Shown in pieces: positions 1 through 12,832 of a stretch of DNA of 34,395 bases. The DNA is taken from the NCBI GenBank assembly GCA_043381765.1, contig JBHJMP010000026.1, positions 1-34,395 on the forward strand, read 5' to 3'. The position numbers and the translations under genes are program-made. Every line of letters starts with the position of its first letter. Position 1 is the stretch's first letter. The notes under the pieces were generated by a model. The model saw nothing but the letters and a program-made list of their open reading frames with translations, ran no database searches and was not told the DNA's origin. The DNA comes from Collodictyon triciliatum. Taxonomy: Eukaryota.

Positions 1-62
<62 letters not shown>

Positions 63-100
63 AAAAAAAAAAAAAAAAAACAAAACAAAACAAAAAAAAG
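1..100. repeat. poly(A)/A-rich low-complexity tract
   Basis: About 60 A followed by CAAAA-type units, seen directly. Confidence 0.95.
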
Positions 101-148
101 CAAAAGAAACCACATAATTTTCTTTTACCTCAGAATTCCCATTTTGCA

Positions 149-3100
149 ATGTCCGACCGCGACGCACGGTTTGAGGAGATACACCGGCTCCTCCGAGACG
201 AAGACGAAGGCGAGGACGAAGAGCATCAAGACATTGACAGCCGCAAAGAGCTGAAGCTCGCAGACAAAGGCCTGGAGGCTGTGCCCTCCGGCGTGTGGGA
301 CCTGAAGCAGCTCGTTGGGCTGTCGCTCCACTTCAACAAGCTGTCATCGTTGCCCTCCGACTTGTCGCGGCTGACAAACCTGCTGTGGCTCTATGTCCAC
401 AACAATCGCCTGTCCTCTCTGCCGGCTGCCATATCCCGTCTGCCTAAGCTCAAGGTGCTTGCTGTCCAGATCAATCGCTTGCCATCTCTGCCGCCAGAGA
501 TCTCCAGGCTGTCCGACCTTGTGGAGCTGTATATCTACGGCAATGAGCTTTCATCGCTGCCGCCGCAAATATCCTGCTTGTCATCTCTTCAGGTGCTGGA
601 CGTGCATCTCAACCAGCTCTCATCCCTGCCTCCCGAGATATCCGAGTTGACTAGCATGGTGCTGCTGGCCATATTTGAGAATCCGGTCGGCGCTTTTGTT
701 CCTTACCTTCCTCTCTCTCTCTTTTTTTTCCTTTTTTTTTCATGCGAACCTTCTATATATGAAACCGCAACATGATTAGTAATTGCCGAATCATGTATAT
801 GACCATTTGTCGTTCTATTTGTGGTGCTTTGTGGCTCATCATCCTATTATCTAACAGTTTTCTATTGACCGCCTAGATCGAGGAGCTACCCCATCATATC
901 ACTGGGCTGGTGAGCTTAAATGAACTCTGGATAAACGCGAACCATACGCAAACCATTAACAGGGCGCCTCGCGGCATCACTACCCTTCCATGCTGGAAAA
1001 ATACTGGATATGACGATTACAACCACGTTCGCGCTCTGGAGCTTTATGAAGTTGTATGTATTTCTGCTACTGCTTTGCATCTATGATAAGACATTTGTAG
1101 TAATCAAGATTGCAAAACAGGACGATGCTGAAGAAGAAGCCCGCAAAGTCGAGGAGGCCAAAGAAAAGCTTTTTGAGGAGCAAGAGGTTAGGCAGATAAT
1201 TTCTGTGTCAGTCAGACAGAAAATACTATTTTGTGACATAAAAAAAAGAAAAAGAAAAAGAAAAAGAAAAAGAAAAAGAAAAGAAAAAGAAAAGAAAAAA
1301 AGACTAACCGGGATGCACTCATTATGCATAGGCACAATATGTTCAAGCTCAAAGAAGCCATCACCCAGGTTTGACTGTTTGAGTATGCAATAGACCATGT
1401 ATCTACTTACAACCAATGACAAACAGATCCGAGCAAGAAAGGATATAAGCCTTACATGGTGGGAGAAATTTTTCGGGCACAATTAGAAACTTCATCAGAG
1501 TAAAGGCTCCATATATATATATCGAGATTTATTTCGTCTAATCCTGATCTATCCATGTTCTTTGTCAATGTTTACTCTATGAATCGTATGCAGTACCACC
1601 CCAGTGACACAACTTGAAGTAATTTTGGAAATATATAAATGACTTTTCCAATATCGAATAAACTCTTGATAGAGATGCCTTCATGGTCAGCGATATCAAC
1701 GGAGAATTTATCATCGATCAGAAACGTTTTAAAATGCTCGATCCTGGAACTTGCAAAAATGCCTCTCCCAGAGGTAACGATTTCATCCTGTTCTGTTCCA
1801 TAAAATATTGTTTGACCATGATTTTACGAGCAGTTTTCTTTCAATTTTGTAATATCTATCCTAGACCAACAAAAGAGAAGATTCAAACTTAAAACGATCC
1901 ACAAGCATACCGAAGAAGATGAGAGTGAAGAAAACCTCGATGACTTTGATGAATCAGAAATAGTATTTGTGAGCATTATTTAATTTAGTCATAAAATAAC
2001 TAGTGTTGGGTTGACTTGCTTTATCTTTTTCAGGGTGAAGAAGAGGTCAACGTTACGGAAACGGAAATAAATGCGTGTCTATCTGGAGGATTATGTAGCC
2101 TCTGCACCAAACAATACAACAATCCGCATGTCCTGCCCTGCTCTCATGTATTTTGTTTCGATTGCATAAAGAGCCATATCACAGGAGCTGAGAAAGAGAC
2201 ACCGTTCAAATGCTCGCTATGCTCCGAACTTATATTCGTTGATGAAGTCACCGTCGAAGAATTAAAGGCATTTGATTACAGACCTCTCACTTCTGGGGAT
2301 GTGAATCCAGAGTCAGAGACAGCTGAAATGAAAGAAACGATTACTGTACCGATTTGTAAGGCTAGAAGTTGCTCTAAGGAGGTCACACATTATTGTGTGG
2401 ATTGCGGTGAAAAAGGTCTCTACTGCGAATCACATGGAGCATTGCACACAGAACTTCTAGAAGAGCATATCATCAAGTAGACTACTTGATTAAAGTTTTG
2501 AATAACAAATCTTTTCAATATTTATGATCGACGCATGTGAAATTTTCTGCTATATTCTCTTTTCAATCATATCTATATAATTATTTCCTAGACCTCTCGA
2601 GTTGGGAACTTTGCTCACTTCCAAAGCTGAAGAATATTGCGCAACACACAAAAATACACCAGTGAGGTTTTACTGTTCCTCTTGCCCTGAATCGCCATTG
2701 AAATGCGCAGAATGCGCACTGAAGGACCGTAAGCATATAGAGGAGTTAGTAGAGCTCGGTCATGAGGATTTTGACCCTGATAGAATTCTTAAAGGCAAAA
2801 TTCGAGAGCTATGCAAATTAGAAGAGAAAGTGGCCCCAGACCTCGGCTTAGTTGAGAGCAAGATGAAAAAGGTAACAAATCTAAAATACATCTTTATCCA
2901 TCCCCATTCATTTATTTTGCTTTGATGTTTGATTGATTTTTTTTCTAATATCGTCAAATCTAAATGAATGTAATACAATTCAGCTATCTCAACGACACAA
3001 GGAGAAATCGGCTGAACTGGACAAATTTATAAAAGAACTTGAAGAACAAATTGGCCGGTTCAAATTGGAGGCCAAAAAAGAAGTAAGTTTACTCTTTATG

Positions 3101-4482
3101 ATAAAATGGCAGAAAGCGGGATGTAAAAACTAAACTACTCGAATCAAACAATTATATTTTAACCATCATTCCAAAATTAGCTTGAATCTCTGAATGAATC
3201 AGTCATAGCCCCACTGCGTGAATCTCAACAAAAATTGGACTCTGAAATGCACCGAATCCGTATTGCCAAAAGAGCTCTGATGAAACTCTTGCAGAAATCA
3301 AAGGGTGAACGCTCGCTGGCTCAGTTGGGCAATGCGCTTCGCTTCGCGAATCAGGTTCTCTATTCAAAGAAAGATCCACCCGTCCAGATCGAGCCCTTTC
3401 ATATGGTCTCAAGAATCCCGATTTTTATCATCGACGATTTGAAGAAGCTAAACGAAACATTCATGTTTGGGCTGAGCACAACGCATGGATCAGAGGATGA
3501 TAGTGACAATCATAAAGAAGACCACGAAGGGAGTGAGGAAAATGAAATCCATGAAGAAGAGCGACTCGAGCTAGGCGAAGATGAAGAACCATCTGGCGAT
3601 AGAGTAGGTTCTCTCTATTCAATATCTGTAGCGCCTTCCTGTATCCAATCCACACCATCAGCAACGTTCAATCTATCGACGTCTGGCGAGGTCACCCAGT
3701 GCCCGTGGGCTGTCTGCATCCACCCAAAAAATGGCAACCTCTACGTGACAGATGAAGATTTACAAACCGTCCGAATTCTTGATCAGCAACTCAATCACCT
3801 GTCATCACATCATACTGGACTGATCATCCGCAAGCCGCTCCATGGACCCAGAGGAATCTCGATATCCAACGACGGTCTCATTGCAATCGCAGACTGTGAA
3901 GGTCATTCCGTTAAGCTCTACACAGATGAGTTTACGCTAGTCAAATCCATAGGTGGACACAAGGGAAGCAAAGAGGGTGAGTTTAATCGCCCATACTCTG
4001 TAGCTTTTGATAGCAAGGGAAACTTTTACGTGGCCGACTCAGGAAACCAAAGAGTCCAGAAATTTAACAACAAAGGCCAATTCCTGTCGATTATCGGCAA
4101 TGAGGGCGATGGTGAAGAACTTTTCCCGTCGCTTGTCAACGGCGTCTGTGTCAATGAAGAAGATAAGCTCCTTGTCCTGTGTGCTGGCTTCAGCCATGTC
4201 CGTGTATTTTCAAAAGACGGAGCCTTAGAGGACAGCATTAAGCTCGAAGCCCCAACAAGTGTCGAAGCATGGTCACATATCTTCCGCGCCTCGGAAGGAA
4301 TCTTTGGTGTTTCTGAAAACAAGACTGGAGCGGTTAATTTCTACGACTACAGTGGCGACATCCAGCACAGCATGACTTTGTACGGTGCGTTAGGTGCCTG
4401 CTTTGGGCTTGATGGTACCTTCTACACTACAAATCTGCCAAAGAAAGCTATTTTTGCTTTTTCTGCTGCTTCTGAGTTCTGA
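149..4482 (+). CDS. LRR-containing TRIM-NHL-like protein (LRR - RING - B-box - B-box - coiled coil - acidic linker - NHL beta-propeller), probable E3 ligase; may instead be two genes split near 1500
   Basis: GT-AG exons 149-685, 877-1053, 1109-1186, 1332-1368, 1427-1499, 1673-1773, 1865-1968, 2034-2476, 2592-2871, 2984-3082 and 3181-4482 join in frame (1076 aa). Motifs: ~23-aa LRRs (LxxLxLxxNxLxxLPxxI), C3HC4 RING (CSLC..LPCSHVFCFDC..CSLC), two B-boxes (CVDC..CESH; CATH..CSSC..CAEC), NHL repeats (FNRPYSVAFDSKGNFYVADSGNQRVQKF). Domains are confident; the single-gene join is less so. Confidence 0.8.
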
Positions 4483-4535
4483 AATGTTGCAGTCCACTAC
4501 TTGAGCCTAAACTGAGCTCACGAAAGCTCACTCGC

Positions 4536-4536
<1 letters not shown>

Positions 4537-4601
<65 letters not shown>
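4537..4601. repeat. poly(A) tract
   Basis: Genomic A homopolymer downstream of the NHL stop codon. Confidence 0.9.
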
Positions 4602-4603
<2 letters not shown>

Positions 4604-4898
4604 CAATAAAAATAATAAGATGAATAAGGAAAAGATTAAAAAGAATAGACTGGAGTGTCGAAAGAGAAATGAAAAAAAAAGCGAAAAGAAAGAGTTAACT
4701 TATATAGGGCTAACTGCAATTTAGGCTGCGTGATGCTTATGGAGACCAGCGAGTTATCTCTTTGAAGATACGCGAGCCACACAAATGCGTATTTATTGTT
4801 TGCTCCGTAGCGTTTTAAGGATGAGACTATGAAGAAAAAAATGGGAGTAAAATGGAGCCAAACATCATGATTATTGCCTTTCGCTCTTATCCTCACCT

Positions 4899-4935
4899 TC
4901 ATCATCGTCATCATCATCATCATCAGCATCATCAT
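4899..4935. repeat. (CAT)n microsatellite
   Basis: Imperfect CAT repeat, seen directly. Confidence 0.85.
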
Positions 4936-5701
4936 TTAACCCTTTGTTACCTCTATACCTCGCTTGGCCTCCGCTTTGTGTCCACAAACGCAAAAGTCCA
5001 ATCATGACCTTTATGGAATTAAAAGTCAATAAATAAATGTGTAAGCGAGGTAATTTACATAAAGATCAAACCCCGCAAAGACTGGGACAGCATTCGGCTA
5101 ATTTCCATTAATCAGCCTATTAACGTTGTCACCAAAACGTCATCACTTGGTACTTTGTGAGCTTAAATATCTTGGGTTGTCCTGGGGGTAGTTATCCCGC
5201 TTGGAGCATTTTAAAATACCCAGCACCGCGTTGATAGGCAATTCTGCTAGATATATACATACCTTGGGCCTGCGTGTGCTGTGATTGATTGGGGGTTCCT
5301 ATACCGTTCTATTTCGGTAATACCTTTCCCATATCATCACCGATTATATTAATTCATTTATTACAAAATATTAATAGAAAATGAGCCAATTTGCAAAGTC
5401 ACTGTCGCTTCATCTGAGATTAAGTTCGTCCACAAAGACTCAAGGTGTTTCATCTTAAGCATTGTGCACCCGTTTTTTTTTTTGACTGCATACAGAAATA
5501 TACACTATTATCTCTAAAAGAAGAGGAAATAATTGAAGAAACACAGTTTTTTTCCCAACCTATCTCTCATATGCACCATAAAATAGCTAAAGAGATTTCG
5601 ACTAGGAAAATACAGAAAAATAAACGATTAAGTTGGCATTTTTAGGGAACCCCTTATCTCGTTTTTTCTCTGAGAAACCACCAACCAAAACACCACTGAT
5701 A

Positions 5702-5756
<55 letters not shown>

Positions 5757-5760
5757 AAAA

Positions 5761-5860
5761 NNNNNNNNNNNNNNNNNNNNNNNNNNNNNNNNNNNNNNNN
5801 NNNNNNNNNNNNNNNNNNNNNNNNNNNNNNNNNNNNNNNNNNNNNNNNNNNNNNNNNNNN
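5761..5860. other. assembly gap (100 N)
   Basis: Run of N flanked by poly(A) and (TTA)n. Linkage across the gap rests on scaffolding only. Confidence 1.

Positions 5861-5949
<89 letters not shown>
5861..5949. repeat. (TTA)n microsatellite
   Basis: About 30 perfect TTA units. Confidence 0.95.
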
Positions 5950-6115
5950 TACTTTCCCTGCTTCCTCACCTAAAAAAACTTTCTCTTCCGTCTCTTTTTC
6001 TTGCCTGCTCTTATTTTTGTTTCTACGGCTGGTTATTTTGTTTATTTGTTTATTTTGACACGTCTCTTCTTGTTAGAGCCGAAAGAAAAGGCACCCGCCG
6101 ACCACCCGAAAGACC

Positions 6116-7221
6116 ATGGACGACTGGCTTGAAGACGAGGGAGGCGCAGCAGACACCTCGTTTCGCGAGCGGGACTTTGAGCGCATCAGGAATCGCTACA
6201 CAAAGGTGACCTTCTTTTCCTCCTCCGCTCCGATCTTTTTCTTTCCCGCACACCCGCCCAAGATCAACACCGCCCCAAAGCGCGCCTGCCTTCTGTATCA
6301 CACAACTTACAAACCAGCCCACTGACCTGATCGAACGCAGCCACATGGCTGCTTTTTCCAACCTACCAGGTCGGATACCGCGAGGCTTATCAAAAGGCAA
6401 GCGAGGCGGCTGTGCAGGACGGCTTCAACCGAGGCTACAGAGACGGTAGGCTTTGGCAATCAAGTCTTCCCACTTGACCGGCAGGATGCGAGGAAACAAC
6501 GATGCAAATCCTTACCAGTGCCTTTCTCCTCACTCTCAAACAGCGATGCAGTTCGGCCTGCACGAAGGAACGCTCCACGGCATTATGAGGCAGGCAGCGC
6601 GCTGTGCTTTTCCCTTCCGTCCCACGACAGCTGATTCACTGCAAACTCACACAATCATACCCACGCTCACCCTCACAATCATACTCGCTTAGCTCCGTCC
6701 AACACGCTTGGGGCAAACTGCCTCACTCACAAACAACCCCGCCACCTCTTCGGGCGCCTCTGCAACCGCATATTGCTGCTTTGACCGCAGCCGCCAAGGA
6801 ATTCCGCATAGCAGATCACTCCACGATAGAATCGCATCACGACTCAGAGCATGTAAGACAACCTTCAAAATCATTATCGCTACAATATCAGGAAAAAAAA
6901 TGATGATTGTGATGATGATTGTGATGATGATGGTGATGATGATGATGGCGAGCCTGAGATTGTCCATACATATTGGTGTCTGTGACGAGTCAAAATCTCG
7001 TTTGGTTTGTGCAGGATGAGGACGAGCACGGGCATGAGCACAATCATAATCACAATCACGACGATCACGACCGCGAAGCGCGCCAAGACACAACGATTGA
7101 CGAGCAGTCTGCCCAGTTCCTCAGAGACTCGCATCGGCATCTGCAGACGCAAAAGGACGCTGTCTACCAGGCCCTGGCACTCTCTGTCGGCTCGGAGTGC
7201 GCGCATTTGATGGTTGATTGA
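6116..7221 (+). CDS. YAE1: Yae1-domain protein (Fe-S maturation adaptor for ABCE1/Rli1) with His-rich insert
   Basis: Spliced product MDDWLEDE..RDFERIRNRYTK|VGYREAYQKASEAAVQDGFNRGYRD|AMQFGLHEGTLHGIM matches the Yae1_N GYREG..Q.GF..G pattern. Five exons; the third intron needs a GC donor at 6590. Confidence 0.8.
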
Positions 7222-7441
7222 ACCCACCACACATTTCTTCTTGCTCGGATTAATCCTGTGTCGCTTGGAAGAAAAAAGAAGAAAAATGGGTGTATTTGCA
7301 CTGATACAAAATGCCTCGAATAAACAAAAAAAAAAGAAAAAGAAAAGAAAAGACAGGAAATAATGAGGGGACTTTGCACCTATTTATTTTGTAACTCGAT
7401 GTGTCTGTGGATTAAGAAAAATCGGTCACATGCCTGCGATA

Positions 7442-9703
7442 TTATCGGCGAGCAGAGCGTCTCTTTGGTCGCTGATTGGCCGCTGCTTTGGACTTTGGCT
7501 GTAATTCGTCCTCAAAGTCATCATCGTGGTGGTTCGGCCCCTTCCACGCCTTATCCGACCCCGAATCATCACCTGAGGATGAATCCACTCGTGGAGGCTT
7601 CTTTGCTTCAACTTTCGCCTTCCTTGTACTTGCCTTCTTGACCGCAGCTTTTGTTGTTTGGGCTTTGGTTTTTTTTGGTTTTCTGTCTTTGGAGGCAGTT
7701 GTATGCGCTTTCTCCAAATCAGGGGTGCTATTCGTAGGTGCGATTGCGATGCCCAGAGAAGGTGCTGATGTGTGCTTTGAACTGGGTTGCTTGGGCGGAT
7801 GGGCGCTTGTCCGGGGTGCTGCTGGTGCTGCTGTTTTTGTTGTGGCAGGATGAGAGTGCTCGACGTGGTCTCTGTCATTCATGAGCGGGCGTTCCTTAAG
7901 AAAAATGACAACGACAGTGATGTCGTCGTGTATGGTGCGCCTTACGTCCAGGGGAATGGCTCGGACATCTTCTACAGAGAGCCCGTTTTCTTCAGCGATG
8001 CTTTCAAGCGCCTATGAAAGTTTATTTTTATCAATATGTATTTGCTTTTGTTCCAATGAATGCTTGAGTGTAGATTTCTTCTTTATTTTTTTCCGGAAAA
8101 AAATAACGAGAAAAGAGGAATGAAGGTTTATTACAATATACAAAGAATTTACCTTGTCGATTAGAACTTGTGCAACATTGTCTGAGTTTCGGTTCTGCAT
8201 GGCTATCGCGACTGCTTCTTCATTCGAAAAAAGGTCCCACAGCCCATCAGATGCTATGATGATGCACTCATCTGCAGGTGTGATTTCGTGTGTAACTAAA
8301 TCCGGATTTGCATCGATGTAGGGCACAAATTGCTGATAAGGCATGAAAGAGAGCTCGTGGTATTTCAGAAACCCGTCTCCAAAAGCTCTCGTGACAATAA
8401 GACTTCCTGCAACGCGTGGTGTGTCAAGTTGGACGACTTTGTTTGCCGTGATTCGGGCGGAAGGGAAAGGGTCAGGGTCGGGTGAACGCGCACACACAAT
8501 TTCCTGTTCTTTTGGGTCAGAGGCTCTTTGGTCAAACGAAAGGGGAAGTGCTGTGTGTTGTTTCCCTGCTGACCGGCCTCGTGATGTCCGAGAGAGTGTG
8601 TTCTGCCCAAGCACGGCCCTGGAATCGCCGACATTTGCTACTGTTATGTGTGAGCCGTGGAAAAATACCACTACCCCACACGAACCTGCTGTATATGGTG
8701 ATTTTGCCTCGATTGGCACGGAGTCTCGATACTCCGAAAACATTCGTCCCATAAACAAGTCATCTAACTGGAAGAAGGCCTTTTTCATGTTGGTTTCTAG
8801 TTCAGTAATATAACTTTTGTTTGAGGTTGACATCCTATCCCTGAGGGAATTGTGACCAACTCCTTTTGATAGCCCTTTTGCTGAATCTTTATTTCTTTCT
8901 TCATCCTCGCGACCAGCTTCCGGTCCGATAAAGTCTCCTGCGTCAAAATCGCTGTCGCTGTCACTGCCACGGTATTTAGAAAACTTGTCGTTTCTTAGTT
9001 TTTTGATTCTGGTATGGCGTTCTTCCGCAGAAATGAATTTCTCGTTTGAATGGTTAATATTAGAACTAGAAGCCTGGCACTTTGCCAGATGGTTTAAAAG
9101 TACATTCACGGCATACTCTGAAAGAAAGGATGAACAAAGATGGCCACCATGTCCATCGAACACACCAAACTGATGTATTTTCAAGAAATGGTAATTTAGA
9201 TGAAAATTTTACTTGTTGAGAAAGAGAATCTCACATGAAACAAAACGTGGTTACTTTATAGAAATAAAACAATAATAACAGTTACAAACCATGCCAACTT
9301 CGCTATTCGCTATGAATCTATCTTCACAAGGATCATTCGCGCTGTATGAAGCATGTGAGATCTGATATAGCTTTGGTATCTGCCATATTCTCCGAAAATC
9401 TTCTGTGCTTTGATGGCCAAGGGCCATTAGATTCTATGGAGCAAACTTACAAAAATTAGGAAGTACAGCATAGCAAAACTTCACTTTAAGATGGCCTTGA
9501 GGGACAAAATAAGAAAAGAACATAACAAGTACCATAAAAATATATATTTATTCATATTTGCCGGCAGCTTAATACGCTGGAGATCGCAGAGCAGCTAGAA
9601 TTACCTTGGGTTCTGACCGTTCGACTGCCTGACGCGCAGAGGAATTCACAACAGTAGTAGCTGCGACGCGCCTGCGACTCCGCGAGCGAAAACTCGACTT
9701 CAT
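7442..9703 (-). CDS. PP2C (PPM) family protein phosphatase with Lys/Ala-rich low-complexity C-terminal tail
   Basis: Motifs across four exons: ANDPCEDR, FGVFDGHGG, VANVGDSRAVLG, VTRAFGD, IIASDGLWD, RRTIHDDITVVVIF. The tail continues in ORF 7442-7882. Start exon 9703-9605 splices in phase 0 and is less certain. Confidence 0.9.
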
Positions 9704-9742
9704 GCGCTTCAAGAGTCGTTATAAGTGGGTATGGTGAATGGA

Positions 9743-9745
<3 letters not shown>

Positions 9746-9807
<62 letters not shown>
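9746..9807. repeat. poly(T) tract
   Basis: Homopolymer, seen directly. Confidence 0.9.
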
Positions 9808-10406
9808 CATTTTTTTGATGTCTTGATAATCATTCTGTTTGCTTATTTTGCTTGTTTCTTTTTCTTTTCCTGTTTTTTTTTCTTCAAGATGGCATGAGAT
9901 AAGTACCAAGCCACTCGTATTTTTTTTTAAAAAATTAAAGGAGAGATAAAGAAAAAGAAGAGACAAAGATTCACAGATGCCTAAGATAATGGTGGGTGTG
10001 TCCCCAAGAATCAAGGTGTGTGTGGTTGAAATGCGATGCAGGCTCCATACAGCGCAACCGCAACGAGGGGCAATTGAGACCCAGCGCGAATGAGATCACG
10101 AATTCTCAATCTCGCTTGCCTTCCGCGCAAGTTCGGCGAAACGGGTGACTTTGTTCAGATAACGGCGAGGTGCAGTATTGTATGTACCGTACATGAGATA
10201 TGGCAACAGAATGAGTGAGGGCTCAGTCATCGATTCAGAGGCAATCAACTCAACGCAGCACTTGTTGAATCCGACTTCTTTTTGCATTTATAGGTTGAGA
10301 AGTTCCGACGCGAGAGAAAAAAAAAAGGGAGGGGTGGCGAGGGTTACACAGCTCAAAGGCAGATGAGAGAGGACACGGTTTGTTTCTGACAGTGTGGAGT
10401 GTGCAT

Positions 10407-12832
10407 CTAGAAAAGCGAGCCCAGCGGAGCCTGCTCTTTGGTGAAGGCCTCAAAGTACTGGAAGATGATGGTGACGGCGAGAAGAATACCCGTACCGGAG
10501 CCGATGGCACCTGAAGTTTCGCATATTAAAAGTGGGTGAGCATAGAGTAGACAGGCCATATGGCTTGAATTGTGAGGGGAGAGTTATCCGTCAGTCGTAA
10601 GAATTTATAATCAGGGAAACCAAATCATGGTAATTCTAGAGCTTATTCTTTAGACTCATCATTCAGAATGGGCCAGGAGGCGGAGAAGGGGCGGAGTGAG
10701 ACAAACCCATGAAGTCGGCAAAGACAGAGAGCGCTCCGATGCAGAGGCCTCCGAATGCAGCGGCGATGGGGATATAGCGGTCCAGCTCGTGCTGCAGGGA
10801 GGACGAGCGGAAGCCGGTGATGGTCATGTTCTGGTCGCGAAGCTGGCGGGCCACGTCGCGGGAGGAAGAGCCCGAGATTTCAATCCAGATCTTGGAAAAG
10901 AATGCGCAAGTGGTGAGGACAAAGGCGATGTAGAACAGAGTGTGGAACGGATCGTGGACGATGGCAGAGAAGCTCTGCGGAGGCGAGACATAGTAGGCGA
11001 GGCCTGAGATGGGATAGGACTGGCTGCCATTCTCGGATTCCTGTGTGTGAAGAATAGCAACGCTGAGTAACCACAGAGGCTAGCTAGAAAGGGAGTGACA
11101 CGCCTATGCACATGACAGTAGGATTGACACCTTCCAGACTCCGAGGATGCGGATGAGGAAGTTCTCGCTGAAGCGGCGGTAGAGGACTTGGGAGATGAAG
11201 TAGAGGTTGGAGACAAGGGCGGTCTGCAGGATAATGGGCATGTTGGACGTGTAGAAGAGCTTGATAGGGTAGGTACCAGCTGCTCCGCGTTGGCGTTCGT
11301 TCCTGATTGTTGGAGGGAGCTGAGTAACCAGGGGGTTTCGAATAGGGGAGGGAGCAAGAGGGAGGTGCTTGGGAGTGTCAACAAGTGTCTTACTCATATT
11401 TATTTATTCTATATACCTAGAATGAATAAATATCACTTACTTGACAGGGAGGTCGACACGGAAGCCTTGGAAGTAGATCACAACAACAAAGACAACAAGG
11501 GTCGCAAGCAGGTTGGTGATGTTGGGCAGGTTGCTGCGATAGAAGGCCTCGCGCAGGGCAGCGATCTTGTTGGGTTTCGTGATAAGAAGGTAGAACAGGG
11601 CAATGACTGCGCCTTCAAACTCGGTTCCTATTGGCATAGCGGCTTGTATTAGTGGTCCAGCGGGTTATTAGGCGTGACTGATAAAGGAGATGATATTGGG
11701 TGGGTGGGTGGCGTACCGCGGCCCATGTTGATCGTGGTGGGAGAGAAGGACTTCCAGAAGATATTCTCGCAGATGTTGGTGGCAATAAAGAGCGAGATTC
11801 CAGAGCCGAGACCGTAGCCCTTCTGGAGAAGCTCGTCCTACAGATGACAGGCCGGCAGTGAGCTGAGTACCAATTTGACAAAAGGGGGAGCGTGGAGGGT
11901 CAAAGTGGGGAAGAAGGGTGGGAAAGTAGCCGCAGGACGAAGGTGGCCAAGGAGAGGAGACCCACAAGGACAAGAACCACGAGGCCGGCAACGAAGAGCT
12001 GGATGATGATCAGGATGGCGTTTCCGGCGCCAAGGGTCTTGACGTCGCCGTACATGCCGGACATGACGTAGGCCACAGCCTCGCCGATAGTCACAATGAT
12101 ACCAAACACTGCGAATACAGGCTCGGGTCAGAGAAGGAAGACGAGGAAGCCAAGGAAGAGAAGGAGCGGGTTTGTGGACATTGTACAAGAGTGGAAGGTG
12201 CTTACGCTTCTGTGCGCCGTTGAAGAGGATGCGGTCCTCCTTCAGCCCGTGGTCGACGTCGATCAACTTGGCACCAGCAAGGAGCTGCATGATCATGCCG
12301 GACGTGACGATCGGGCTGTGGTCAGGGAGGATTCATAAGGCGGGGCTTGGAGGGAGGCGGCTTCGTTTGTCAAGGGGAGGAGCGAGAAGGATTGGAAAGG
12401 AAAGGAAGGGAAGGGAAGGAAAGGAAAGGAAAGGAAAGGAAAGGAGTGAGATAGCGTATGAAAGAGAGAGGAAATTGCAGGGACCTAATTCCGAGCTCCA
12501 TCAACGTGCCGCGGTTGGAGGCGAGGATGACGCGCAGCCAGTAGAAGGGATCGGAGCTCTTGGAGTTCTTGATGCCGTAGAGCGGGACCTGGCAGCTGAC
12601 CAGGAAGATGAAGAGGGTGGCGGCGGTCCACAGCATCTTCTCCCGGAAGGGGATGCGGCGCTCCGGCTGCTGGATCTCGGGCAGCAGGAACAGGAAGGGT
12701 CGCACGGTGTCCAGGAACCTCACTGCAGGAGGTGCAAGGGGTGTGAGCGAGGAATTGCTGCTGGGTATGGTTTGCAAGGTATGGTTTGCGAGGTACGGTA
12801 AGGTGTGGGGGTTGGCTGTGGTGGCGCTTACT
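10407..12832 (-). CDS. SEC61A: Protein translocon subunit Sec61 alpha
   Basis: Conserved Sec61a segments across exons: [91 protein letters not shown], ending EQAPLGSLF*. Confidence 0.97.
12393..12445. repeat. (GGAAA/GGGAA)n pentamer repeat in a Sec61 intron
   Basis: Seen directly. Confidence 0.8.

Noticed and set aside
1593-1618. Possible extra micro-exon in the LRR-TRIM linker
   Set aside because: Including it breaks the frame at the TAG acceptor (1672); skipping it keeps the frame.
10696-12801. Plus-strand ORFs of 80-209 aa
   Set aside because: Antisense shadows of GC-rich Sec61 exons.
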